Positions 17,382 to 26,278 of a DNA stretch of 38,049 bases are shown here, piece after piece. The DNA lies in the sequence record NC_028268.1, one strand, 5' to 3'. Position 1 is the stretch's first letter; every line of letters starts with the position of its first letter. Below the pieces are notes generated by a model. The model searched no databases. It was not told the DNA's origin and saw nothing but the letters and a program-made list of their open reading frames with translations. The translations under genes were made by a program, and so were the position numbers.

Positions 17382-18230
17382 GTGCCGCGCAGGATCTTCC
17401 TAAATATGGTCGCCGCGGCGGTCCTGCTGGCGGTCGTGGTGCTCTCTCTGGCGGCGCCAGCGGCCGACGCTCGGATAACGCCTAGGCCGCAGGTTGTTAA
17501 GAACCCCAGCTTCGAGAGCGGGCTGGACTTCTGGGACCAGCTGGCTGGCGTTGCGGATGTAACCTCGAGCCTGTCGTACAGCGGCGTGTACTCGGCCTAC
17601 TTCGTTAGACAGTCCGCCGAGGGCTATGCCCGCCTCAGCCAGATGCTGCCGTCGGGATACGATGAATACGACTTTATCGCGCGGATATACGTGCCTTCAC
17701 GGGCTCTGGGCAGCCCTCAGACCCTCTACGGTGCTGCTCTGGAGCATGACAACCTGCTGGTGATAGGGGCGGGCCTGCTTATAGACGGGTACAAATGCTA
17801 CGTCTCCGTGAACGCCATCGACATTTTCGACATACCCGTCGACTGCAGCCAGATCGTCGACAGGTGGAACATAGTCGAGGTGGTGATCACGGAGACGAGC
17901 CTCGGCTACAGGGCCAGGGTGTATGTAAACGGATTCATGTTCTTCGAGTCCATCGGCTTCCCGCCGCCCACAAACAGAGTGTCCCTGCTGTGGGCCGGGG
18001 AGGGCGAGTCGTCCTACTTCGACCTGATAGAGCTTTACGACCTATCCTCGGGCTCAGCCTCCGCCTCTCTGGATGACTGGGGCCACCCCTGGGCCGTTAT
18101 AATGGGGGAGCAGGGCGACCCGGCTTCCAGGTGGTGGACGCCGGTGCCCGGTGACACGCCCAGCCGCACGCTGTGGGAGGCGGTCTACGGCGCCCAGACT
18201 GAGGGGGCATCCCCGGCTAGCCGGGCCTAG
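17382..18230 (+). CDS. Secreted protein with a CBM4/9-like carbohydrate-binding module
   Basis: Signal peptide followed by VVKNPSFESGLDFW…SYSGVYSA, the typical start of galactose-binding-like CBM folds. Confidence 0.65.
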   Translation: MPRRIFLNMVAAAVLLAVVVLSLAAPAADARITPRPQVVKNPSFESGLDFWDQLAGVADVTSSLSYSGVYSAYFVRQSAEGYARLSQMLPSGYDEYDFIARIYVPSRALGSPQTLYGAALEHDNLLVIGAGLLIDGYKCYVSVNAIDIFDIPVDCSQIVDRWNIVEVVITETSLGYRARVYVNGFMFFESIGFPPPTNRVSLLWAGEGESSYFDLIELYDLSSGSASASLDDWGHPWAVIMGEQGDPASRWWTPVPGDTPSRTLWEAVYGAQTEGASPASRA

Positions 18231-18317
18231 GCTATCCACGGCCTCCACCCCCTCCCCATTCCCCCTCTTTTCCTCGGGCCTCGGCCGGTTGACGCATAAC
18301 CTTTTTGGTGGGGGAGT

Positions 18318-19922
18318 GTGAAGAATGCTGTAGCGGCTCTCATCCTCGCTACAATCCTGTTGGCGCCTCTCCTCCAGGCGGTGCCAGCGTCCGCCGCCCC
18401 CAGCTACTCCGAGGTCTACAGCGCCTACATCGAGGGTAAGAGGTACATCGAGAGGCTGGCTAGGACGGTGTACGACCCGGCGACGGGCGAGCCCGTGTAC
18501 AGCTTTATAGCGGAGTATCCGAGCCTGCCTGTGTGGGGCAGGTACGGGGAGTACGAGTGGGTACCCGGCATGCCATTCTACCAGCTCTGCTCCTCCGGCG
18601 TCCACGGGTTCTACAAGGTCCATCTCAGCCTTGCCAGCGAGACGCTGGGGAGCACGTACAGTAGGTGGGTGTACGACTACACCCTCCAGTTCGTCCTGTC
18701 CACCTCCCGGGGGGCCACAGTATTCGACCTGGCCGTTCTTAGGGTTGCGGAGGAGCACTACGGGGGCTCGTGGAGAGTTACTGTGTCTACGCTCAGCTAC
18801 GGCAGTTGGGAGGGGCTGGGTAGCTGCGGGGCTATCAACGGCCGGGATATAACGGTGTACCTGGCCTCGATGCCCCTGGGGACCGTGGGGAGCCTATACA
18901 CTAGCCCGGCCACCTTCAGCTTCGACAGCTCGACAGTTCTCCCCGCCTTCAGGTTCTCGGCCAGGCATGTGCTGATGCTCGGAACCCTGTTCTACGACGC
19001 CTTCGGGGTCGGAAACCTCTACATGGACAACGCCGCGAGGGATATACTGTACGAGGTGTTCAAGACCCCGAGAGACCCGCTGGACCTCTACGGCAACGCC
19101 CTCCCGGCCGCGGGCTACACGGTGAGCATTGACATCCCGGCCCTGGACAGCGATAGCGAGGACCACGAGTACTTCTTCGACGCAATGCTGTTCGAACTGT
19201 ACCCCGGGTACTATGAGACCGGCTACGACAGGATATTCAGGTGGACGCTCTACAACGGCTGGGTGGACGCGAGCGGTCCAGGCGTCTACTACCCGCTGTA
19301 CCCGTACAAGTCGAAGGTCGTCTCTTACGCCGAGCTCTTTGGAGTGAATGGTGGGGATGGCTTCCTTTCTGTACTTGAGCGTCCGCTCACATGTGGATTG
19401 GATGCCGAGACCGATCCTCTGCTAAACGCCTGGAAGGGTATCTACTACGCTGTTACGGGTAGCTGGGGCGCCGCCACGAGCCAGTGGTACGACATTGTGG
19501 ATGACTGGGATGGTGTGGGGGTTCTGGCGTGCTACTCGGAGAACTACTCCACCGTTAGGCTGGCGGCCGCCGTTATGCTGGGAACCCTGCTGGCTGAGAG
19601 GGGATATATAGGATGGGGCACGGTCGACGCTATGGTGGAAGCCCTTCTCAAGGCTCAGTGGAGGGGGAGCGGCTACTACAAGCCGACGGACACGTGGGAG
19701 TACATGTTCAAGATCGACCACGCAGGCGGCTTCATAGTAGCCTATAACGTGGCGCCTGACGGCAGCTTCGGGGTCACAGGCTTCAGGCCAGACTACCTAG
19801 AGCTTATAACCGAGGGCAACGACATGGACCCCGAGTACATAGGGCCACTACCCACAAACGCGGAGACCACGCTCGCTGCCATCACAGCGCTCAAGATGTA
19901 CATGGACGCCAGGTACTCCTAG
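18318..19922 (+). CDS. Secreted virion/surface protein with a helical C-terminal domain resembling part of the 929-aa protein
   Basis: Signal peptide; 534 aa; HAGGFIVAY and PTNAETTLAA parallel RNGGFLDIVY and ETNVETQSSA in ORF 11687. Confidence 0.65.
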   Translation: MKNAVAALILATILLAPLLQAVPASAAPSYSEVYSAYIEGKRYIERLARTVYDPATGEPVYSFIAEYPSLPVWGRYGEYEWVPGMPFYQLCSSGVHGFYKVHLSLASETLGSTYSRWVYDYTLQFVLSTSRGATVFDLAVLRVAEEHYGGSWRVTVSTLSYGSWEGLGSCGAINGRDITVYLASMPLGTVGSLYTSPATFSFDSSTVLPAFRFSARHVLMLGTLFYDAFGVGNLYMDNAARDILYEVFKTPRDPLDLYGNALPAAGYTVSIDIPALDSDSEDHEYFFDAMLFELYPGYYETGYDRIFRWTLYNGWVDASGPGVYYPLYPYKSKVVSYAELFGVNGGDGFLSVLERPLTCGLDAETDPLLNAWKGIYYAVTGSWGAATSQWYDIVDDWDGVGVLACYSENYSTVRLAAAVMLGTLLAERGYIGWGTVDAMVEALLKAQWRGSGYYKPTDTWEYMFKIDHAGGFIVAYNVAPDGSFGVTGFRPDYLELITEGNDMDPEYIGPLPTNAETTLAAITALKMYMDARYS

Positions 19923-20042
19923 TTGTCCACCAGCTTCTCAGGCCTTAAGCCGGAGGCAGTTAAGATAGAGTAGCCGTGGCTCATTGTAACCCTGTTTTTA
20001 CTCTTTCCACTGTTCCCCCTCGTGGGGGGTTGTCAGGTCGGG

Positions 20043-20702
20043 ATGTGGAAGGAGATCCGTTTCTGGCCTGACGAGGGCTCTGGTCCTTGCACCTTGGGCT
20101 TCCCCGTTGTTAGAGCTGTGGACGGCGCCTACGGCGTAATAACTGCTGGCCACTGCAACGACTAGGAGGACGGCGGGTCGAACTACGAGTGGGTAATGCA
20201 CCAGCCCGAGAAGGATGGCGACAAGAATGAGATAGGCCCGGTGGAAGCTGCGGCCTGTGTTGTGGATGCCACCCTAGTAATTTACAGTAATGTTTATCCA
20301 GGGGTTCTGCATATATATGATGATGGCTCGTACGAGACGCTAGAGGTGACGGATTGGATAGCCTGGGAGGACGTGCCCAATTACCTCTACGACGTCGTGT
20401 TTTACAAGACTGGTAAAACCACGGGAACGACGGCTATGCGTATGGAGGGGTATATGTCTGAGGTTCAGTCCGACTTATACCCATGCAGGGTCTATAAGGC
20501 TATATTCGCAGATGTCGTTGCTGCCTTGTCAGGCGACAGCGGATCCCCCGCGTACCGGAAGCTGGGCGGCCACGCAGTACTGCTGGGCTATGTAGTGGCT
20601 AACTCTGATGACTGGGATGGGATAGTGAGGACTATGATACTTAGCGTCGATAACTTGTGGGGCGCCTTTGGGGTGAGGCCTTATGTGTGCCAGTGGTGCT
20701 AG
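20043..20702 (+). pseudogene. Chymotrypsin-like (S1, alpha-lytic/streptogrisin-type) serine protease interrupted by an in-frame TAG at 20163-20165
   Basis: The frame from ATG 20043 reads …GPCTLGF…ITAGHCND*EDGG…VVDATLV…KTGKTTGTT…SGDSGSP. All three catalytic-triad motifs are present, with the stop three codons after the catalytic His. Confidence 0.8.
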
Positions 20703-21699
20703 GGCCCTGCTCCTCACGGTTCTAGCCCTCCCCCTGCTGGCTTTAGTGGCTGGCGCCGAGGCCCCAACACTGGTTGGCGAGTCTGGCCCCTTCGACGTCT
20801 ACAGGGTTGGCGAGGGCTTCTACGTAGCCCTGATCGACGATGGGTTCTTCGACGAGGTTAGGGGGAGGTTCTACCTGTACTGGGCCGGGTCTCCGGAGGA
20901 GCACTCCAGGCTGACCGAGTCTCCGTTCACCCCGGTGGTTGAGGATCTGGGGGCCTCCCTTGGCCCGGGCGAGGAGGGGGCTATAGGGCCCTACAGCCGC
21001 GAGGAGGACTTCGACTGCAGGTGGGGCGTCGCCCCTGACGGGCGGTGGTGGGTCAGGATCAACGGGGAGAAGCGTTATGTGTCGGAGCCCGAGGCTTCCA
21101 GGGCCCTGCGTGGCCTCGGTGTGGAAGCCTCCGCATTTAGCGTGGGCAGGCTCGTAGTATTCGATAGGCAGAACGGCGTGATAACTGAGCGGCTCGACAC
21201 GGTGGCTAAGGTTTACGTGCACGGGCCCCGGGACGCCCTCCTAGATCCTAGGCTGGGCGAGGCTGTTAGGGAGGCTGTTTTGAGGGACTGCGGAGTGCCT
21301 GTCAATGTGGTTGTGGCGGTGGAGGAGGCGTGGAGCCTCAAGAAGTGGGCCCTGAGGGAGGAGACTTATGAGAGGATCTCGACAGCCTGGGATAGGCTCG
21401 GCCTCCCCCTCTACGGCGTGGGGGGCATGCTGGGCTTCCCGCTCCTCGTCGGCGTGGACGGCCTGGAGATGAGGAGCAGGGGTGTGACCCTAGACTGGGT
21501 CCTCTCCGTCCTGGACAGGGAGATACCCCCGGGTCTGGCCGTGCTGGTAGTGGTTAGGGACTACAAGCCCACGGAGGGCTCGCTACTACCCGGCCAGGCC
21601 GGTGGCAGCGGCGTGGGCCCCGAGGCCGGGGTAGCGGCGGCGGCCCTCGCGGTGGCCGTGGCGGCGGCCCTTGTAGCGTTCAAGCGCCGTAGGACATAG
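20683..21699 (+). CDS. Secreted, C-terminally anchored surface protein
   Basis: Signal peptide; C-terminal Gly-rich linker, TM helix and basic tail (…AAALVAFKRRRT). Confidence 0.7.
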   Translation: MCASGARALLLTVLALPLLALVAGAEAPTLVGESGPFDVYRVGEGFYVALIDDGFFDEVRGRFYLYWAGSPEEHSRLTESPFTPVVEDLGASLGPGEEGAIGPYSREEDFDCRWGVAPDGRWWVRINGEKRYVSEPEASRALRGLGVEASAFSVGRLVVFDRQNGVITERLDTVAKVYVHGPRDALLDPRLGEAVREAVLRDCGVPVNVVVAVEEAWSLKKWALREETYERISTAWDRLGLPLYGVGGMLGFPLLVGVDGLEMRSRGVTLDWVLSVLDREIPPGLAVLVVVRDYKPTEGSLLPGQAGGSGVGPEAGVAAAALAVAVAAALVAFKRRRT

Positions 21700-21766
21700 C
21701 CGTGGCGGAAGTCGATTATCACGGTTTTTGTAAGCACATTATCTATAAACTCTATTTTCGGGGGTT

Positions 21767-22096
21767 GTGGGCGGCTTGTCTGTTCTGAGGCTTACCTGGT
21801 ATAAGGTTCTACCCCTGTATATGCTGGGCGCTGTTTTGGGTTACCTGGTTTTCTCTGCTGTTCTGTCCATAGGGTCTGGCAGCAGTATGTTCGACCCTCT
21901 TTGGCTGTATATCGTGTTGGTGACGGCCTTCCTCTCCCCCCTCTCCATGCTTGTCTGGGGGTTCCTCTCCCTGACGGCCTGGCTTCTCGATAGGAAGCTG
22001 GGCCCCTACGCCATGTTCGTGCCCCTTGTTGCCGGGGCTGTTATGGGCCCATTAACCCTCTACATACTCGTCCGCGGCCTTCTAGTCTATCCCTAG
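21767..22096 (+). CDS. Small polytopic membrane protein
   Basis: 109 aa, three hydrophobic helices; AT-rich promoter-like sequence upstream. Confidence 0.65.
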   Translation: MGGLSVLRLTWYKVLPLYMLGAVLGYLVFSAVLSIGSGSSMFDPLWLYIVLVTAFLSPLSMLVWGFLSLTAWLLDRKLGPYAMFVPLVAGAVMGPLTLYILVRGLLVYP

Positions 22097-22125
22097 CCCT
22101 CCCACACCCCGCGGCGCATATCTTT

Positions 22126-22548
22126 GTGGTGCGGTGTGGCTTGCTGGGCTGGCTTAGGAGGAAGGCGGGGGAGCTCAGGAGGAGGCGTAGGGTTCGCTCG
22201 AGGATAGTCTCCCATCTCGTGAGCAAGGGCGTAGCCAGGAGGGATGCAGAGAGGCTCGCCCCCCTTGTTATGAGGGGCGAGCTGACGGTCTCGGAGGCCG
22301 TATCCCTGGGTAAGAGGCTGGGCCGGGATAGGGTTGCCAGGGTGGAGCGTCGGCTGAGGGGCGAGGAGCGCCGCAAGAACGATAGTAAGGGCGGGGATAG
22401 GTTCCTCGGGCTCTCACGGTCAATACTGGGCTTCACGCTCGGAACCTCTGGGAGCCAGCCTATCGACCTCTTCGGCGGCCAGACGGGGGAGTCTAAGCGC
22501 CGGAGGAGGCGGGGCGGCCGGGAGCCCGGGCAGCCTCCCCTGTGGTGA
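22126..22548 (+). CDS. Arg-rich basic protein
   Basis: 140 aa with several poly-Arg stretches. Confidence 0.6.
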   Translation: MVRCGLLGWLRRKAGELRRRRRVRSRIVSHLVSKGVARRDAERLAPLVMRGELTVSEAVSLGKRLGRDRVARVERRLRGEERRKNDSKGGDRFLGLSRSILGFTLGTSGSQPIDLFGGQTGESKRRRRRGGREPGQPPLW

Positions 22549-22577
22549 GAGCATCATCCTCTTGGGGCGGGGTGTGG

Positions 22578-22913
22578 ATGGCGGTGAGGCTTAGGAGGAG
22601 GCGCCGCCGGGGCTCCCGGTGCCCTGTGCCACGGGAGAACCCCCGGACGGGCCGTAAGACCAAGTATCTGGGGCACAGGGTTAGGGATGTGGGGGGCTCG
22701 GGGCTCGATAGCCCCCGGGAGTTCAGGGGTATACTGAGGGAGGTTACGAGGGACTACAGGGAGGGGTGCATATCTAAGCGGACGGCGCGGGGGAGGCTCC
22801 TGCTGCTCTACAGGCTGACTTACCCTCGCTATAACAGGAAGGCCAGGCGTATCCCGGCCTCGACGAGGAGGAGGCTTAGGGAGGAGATAAGGCGGGCGAT
22901 GGAGAGCCTATAA
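22578..22913 (+). CDS. Highly basic putative nucleocapsid/DNA-packaging protein (VP2-like by analogy)
   Basis: In-frame ATG at 22578 within track ORF 22542..22913; very Arg/Lys-rich. Confidence 0.6.
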   Translation: MAVRLRRRRRRGSRCPVPRENPRTGRKTKYLGHRVRDVGGSGLDSPREFRGILREVTRDYREGCISKRTARGRLLLLYRLTYPRYNRKARRIPASTRRRLREEIRRAMESL

Positions 22914-22932
22914 CCACCCATTTAACCGGGCG

Positions 22933-22975
22933 GTTAGAGAAGCACGATCCGGCTACTGTCTTGACGTTCTCTAAC
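22933..22975. repeat. Bipartite palindrome copy S12: GTTAGAGAA-N25-TTCTCTAAC
   Basis: Intergenic, upstream of the zincin gene; arms at 22933-22941 and 22967-22975. Confidence 0.9.
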
Positions 22976-23006
22976 ACCTCCGCATTTATGCTCTGGGGAG
23001 GGCTGG

Positions 23007-23984
23007 TTGTTCGAGGGCAGCGAGTACCTCTACCCCCTCTACAGGCACCTATACGGGCTTGGCCTGACTAGGGAGGAGTGGCTCCGTGCCAGGGAGGCGT
23101 TCAGGGAGAGGGCTAGGAGGTGTCCGCGCTGCGCCTTTATGGACGTCGGGCTGGCGGCCAGGCACGCTAGGTCGCTGAGGCAGTGGATGAGGTCGCCCAA
23201 CAGGTACGACATACCCGGCGTTGACTCCCCGGAGGTGGGCTGGTGGCTCGAGTCCCGGGATCTCCTGGAGCCTTATAGTGAGGAGTCCAAGAGCATCCTG
23301 GGCGAGGTTGAGAGGGCTAGGAGGGCGGTGGAGCTTTACTTCGGCGAGCCGGTGGCCACGAGGGTCAGGGTTAGGTACGAGGAGGAGATGGATAAACCGG
23401 GGGTTCTGGGGTACTGGGAACACAGGCCCGGCTGGGACTATGGAGTGCTGGCCGTTAAGAGGGGGCTGGGCGAGAGGTTCAAGGACGTGGTCGTCCACGA
23501 ACTGGTGCACGCCTGGAGCCTCGGCAGGTACAGCGACGTTCCTTACGGGGAGAAGGCGGGGAACCCGGCGTGGAACATGAGAGTGGTTGAGGGTAGCACG
23601 GAGACGGCTGCCAAGCGGGTGCTCTCGTTGCTGGGCTTGAAGCCGTCCGCAGTGGCCTACTCGGCCCTCGTCGAGAGGCTCTCGGAGGGGGGCGCGGAGA
23701 GGGGTGTAGAGGCGGCCCTCGAGTTCCTCCGGGCGGCCAGGGAGAGGAGGCGGCCTAGGGGCGAGTACATGAGGGAGGCTGTGCTGCTGAAGCACACGGA
23801 AGGCCCCGACGTCTACGTGTCAAAACCGCCGGAGAGGCTCCCCGGGGAGGCGAGGGACCTGCTCTCGCCTAAACCCTTCCCCGCCGAGCTCGCCCTCGAC
23901 AGGACTCTGAGGCCTTTCGCAGAAGCCCTTAAAACCCTCAGGAGGCAGAGGAGGAGGGGCGGGAGGAGGCGGCGTTGGGGCTAG
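23007..23984 (+). CDS. Zincin (gluzincin-like) metallopeptidase domain protein
   Basis: VVVHELVHAW (HExxH) followed by VVEGSTE (candidate third-ligand Glu); basic C-terminus. Confidence 0.7.
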   Translation: MFEGSEYLYPLYRHLYGLGLTREEWLRAREAFRERARRCPRCAFMDVGLAARHARSLRQWMRSPNRYDIPGVDSPEVGWWLESRDLLEPYSEESKSILGEVERARRAVELYFGEPVATRVRVRYEEEMDKPGVLGYWEHRPGWDYGVLAVKRGLGERFKDVVVHELVHAWSLGRYSDVPYGEKAGNPAWNMRVVEGSTETAAKRVLSLLGLKPSAVAYSALVERLSEGGAERGVEAALEFLRAARERRRPRGEYMREAVLLKHTEGPDVYVSKPPERLPGEARDLLSPKPFPAELALDRTLRPFAEALKTLRRQRRRGGRRRRWG

Positions 23985-24232
23985 ACCCCTTTGTCATCCA
24001 GGCCCGGGAGGGCGACAGGGAGGCCTGGACCCGGGCGAACAGGCTCGCTGCGGGGCTGATGGCTATAGGCTACCCGGTGGAGGTCAAGCCCCTGCCCCGG
24101 AGCTCGCGGGAGAGGCTCGTAATAGTAACCCCCCTGGGAGGGCGTATAGCCGACCCCGGGGAAGGGGAGCTGCGTGATATACTGGACTACCCCCACATCC
24201 ACGCGGGCTACATTGTAGACGCCGAGCACTAA
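23975..24232 (+). CDS. Hypothetical protein (85 aa)
   Basis: ORF track; overlaps the end of the previous gene. Confidence 0.6.
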   Translation: MGLDPFVIQAREGDREAWTRANRLAAGLMAIGYPVEVKPLPRSSRERLVIVTPLGGRIADPGEGELRDILDYPHIHAGYIVDAEH

Positions 24233-24278
24233 ACCCCCCAGGGTCTCCCGGGGTGGATTCCGAACTTGGCGGCGGCGT

Positions 24279-24324
24279 GTGTTAGAGAATAAGGCTAAAT
24301 TCCTTACAGCATTTTCTCTAACAC
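24279..24324. repeat. Bipartite palindrome copy S13: GTGTTAGAGAA-N24-TTCTCTAACAC
   Basis: Perfect 11-bp inverted repeat, intergenic. Confidence 0.9.
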
Positions 24325-24397
24325 CCCACACACCCCCGACCAGCCACGACACACATACACCCAACCCCCCGCCACACACAGGCCGGGCGGAAGCACA

Positions 24398-24589
24398 GTG
24401 GGGGGTGGCGGGTTGGACTGGGCGAGCGTCTTCCAGTTTTACGCCCGTCTCAAGAGGGAGCTTAGGGAGGCGGTGCACGGTTGCGAAGCAAGCCCTGAGT
24501 GCAAGAGGATCGTGTGGGAGGCCGTCTCGAGAGTCCTGGAGGAGAAGGCAGTAGAACTCGAGGAGATGGCCGCTTCTTCTCCCAAGTAG
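24398..24589 (+). CDS. Small hypothetical protein (63 aa)
   Basis: ORF track; helical sequence with a CxxxxxC pair. Confidence 0.5.
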   Translation: MGGGGLDWASVFQFYARLKRELREAVHGCEASPECKRIVWEAVSRVLEEKAVELEEMAASSPK

Positions 24590-24761
24590 GCTATAAAATA
24601 TTGAAGATTATGAATTCGAATGTACGAGTGTCTGTTTGTGTTTTTAATTATCTGAGTTTCACTAACGTATATTTTTCTTTGGGCTGTTCGATAGGGCGCA
24701 TGTGGAATACGGATAAGCGCCTATGCTTGGTGGACTGCTTTAATATCTAGGTGATGACAAG

Positions 24762-25229
24762 TTGAGTTCAATGATTCGTCATAGGGAATCATACATACTG
24801 TCGCTGATAGTAGGGGTTCTCTCCGCATCTATACTGTGGTTGGCTTCTAAGGGGGTCATCAGCCCTAGTGTTTATCCTATAATGGCATCTGTCTCAGCCA
24901 CACTCTTGGGCTTTGTATTCACGGCGGAACAGTTAGCAATAATGATATTGGCCAACGAAAATAGTACAGTGGCTAAAATCCTGCGGAAACACAACCCAGG
25001 GTATATTAACGAGCTTCTCGGGCTAGCAGATCTTACCATGGTTTCACTATTCTCCACGGCTATAGTAAGTGGAGCAGCGTCCATCTTCGCTTTCTATCCA
25101 AAGTTTATTGCTTATACAACAATGTTCTTGGTGGGGGTGAGCATGATGTCATTACTTATCTTAATTCTTAACGTGCAGAAACTCTATCATGATCATTTTA
25201 ATGTAGACCTTTCCTCGAATAACCGGTAG
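24762..25229 (+). CDS. Accessory four-TM membrane protein
   Basis: 155 aa, AT-rich, four hydrophobic helices; RBS GGTGA upstream. Confidence 0.75.
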   Translation: MSSMIRHRESYILSLIVGVLSASILWLASKGVISPSVYPIMASVSATLLGFVFTAEQLAIMILANENSTVAKILRKHNPGYINELLGLADLTMVSLFSTAIVSGAASIFAFYPKFIAYTTMFLVGVSMMSLLILILNVQKLYHDHFNVDLSSNNR

Positions 25230-26248
25230 GATTCGCGTATCAACTCGCTGTTTTTCAGAGCCAATTCTTTAAGAATGTTTAGTGAGGCAGTGGTGTCAGT
25301 GCTTCTGAGGTATCTCCCACCACTTCGTGCTTTTGGTATGCTAACTTCCCTAAATACCAAGGCATCCTCTACAAGGTCGACTACTCTTCTAGGGCTTCCA
25401 AAGGTTATCTTGAAACGTTGGAGGGATTCTTCTCCTAATTCTTCTCTTATTGAATTAAACAGCTCTAGCAACTCATCTATCGTGAAATCTAACTCCTGAT
25501 CCTTACCCCTTCCAGCGTGCTGTATAGCTTCGTATAACTGTCCTCTTATCTTGGTTATATCTATACCCAGCTTTTCTAACAGCATGTCTATGGTCCTTTG
25601 GTTTGTGAGCCGGGCTTTATTTGATATTTTGAGTTTTATATCGATCTGTTTTATTGTAGAATCACTATACAGTTTTAGTAGCTCTTCAGTGTCTGGTCTA
25701 TAGAGTTGCCTAATGGCTATTCTGATTTTGTCACAGTTCTTCAACAATACATGTATCTTTTGCGGCCCAATTCTCTGGCAATATTCTTGGGCCGCTCCTC
25801 TGAATAACGTGCTGAGGATTCCATGTTTTGGAACAAAGCTAGTTACTTCTACAAGGGCTATACCTGGCTTAATCAAAATCATATGAGCATACTCATAGAG
25901 ATCCTCATCATCGCTGAGCTTTTTAGAAAGGGACGCATGTCTTCGACTTTTTCTGTCATAGAAATGTGACAAACCTTCATGCCTAAGATATCCGTAAACG
26001 ATACCTAGGTATTTTTCTCCATTAGCTGGAAGTTCTTTTATATCTGTTATTATGGGGATTTTTTCTGGCGAGAAGGGATTGTTATTGGAGTTCAGCGGAT
26101 ACGAGGTGGATTGGGCGTACTTCACCACATCTGTAATAAATTGATAGTTCAGCTTGATAACTTTTTTATCTTCAGTGTAGGCTTCAGCGATAACTCCATA
26201 AGCATAAATGTTCCTTTTGTATTCGTGGGAGGCCAAGTGAATCACCAT
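25193..26248 (-). CDS. Accessory soluble protein (351 aa), convergent with the four-TM gene
   Basis: Long AT-rich ORF; TATA-like sequence and palindrome S14 upstream. Confidence 0.8.
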   Translation of the reverse strand: MVIHLASHEYKRNIYAYGVIAEAYTEDKKVIKLNYQFITDVVKYAQSTSYPLNSNNNPFSPEKIPIITDIKELPANGEKYLGIVYGYLRHEGLSHFYDRKSRRHASLSKKLSDDEDLYEYAHMILIKPGIALVEVTSFVPKHGILSTLFRGAAQEYCQRIGPQKIHVLLKNCDKIRIAIRQLYRPDTEELLKLYSDSTIKQIDIKLKISNKARLTNQRTIDMLLEKLGIDITKIRGQLYEAIQHAGRGKDQELDFTIDELLELFNSIREELGEESLQRFKITFGSPRRVVDLVEDALVFREVSIPKARSGGRYLRSTDTTASLNILKELALKNSELIRESYRLFEERSTLK

Positions 26249-26278
26249 GGAACATTCGAACCTCGTGCTACAATTTAA

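Noticed and set aside
20163-20165. Pyrrolysine decoding of the protease TAG
   Set aside because: No pyl genes are in the window, pyrrolysine is not known in Desulfurococcales, and TAG is used as a normal stop by many genes here.
5835-23795. Long minus-strand ORFs (e.g. 7719..8519, 8667..9380, 9554..10477, 13997..15526, 18054..18758, 23049..23795)
   Set aside because: Antisense shadows of GC-rich plus-strand genes, with Pro/Arg/His-rich low-information translations.
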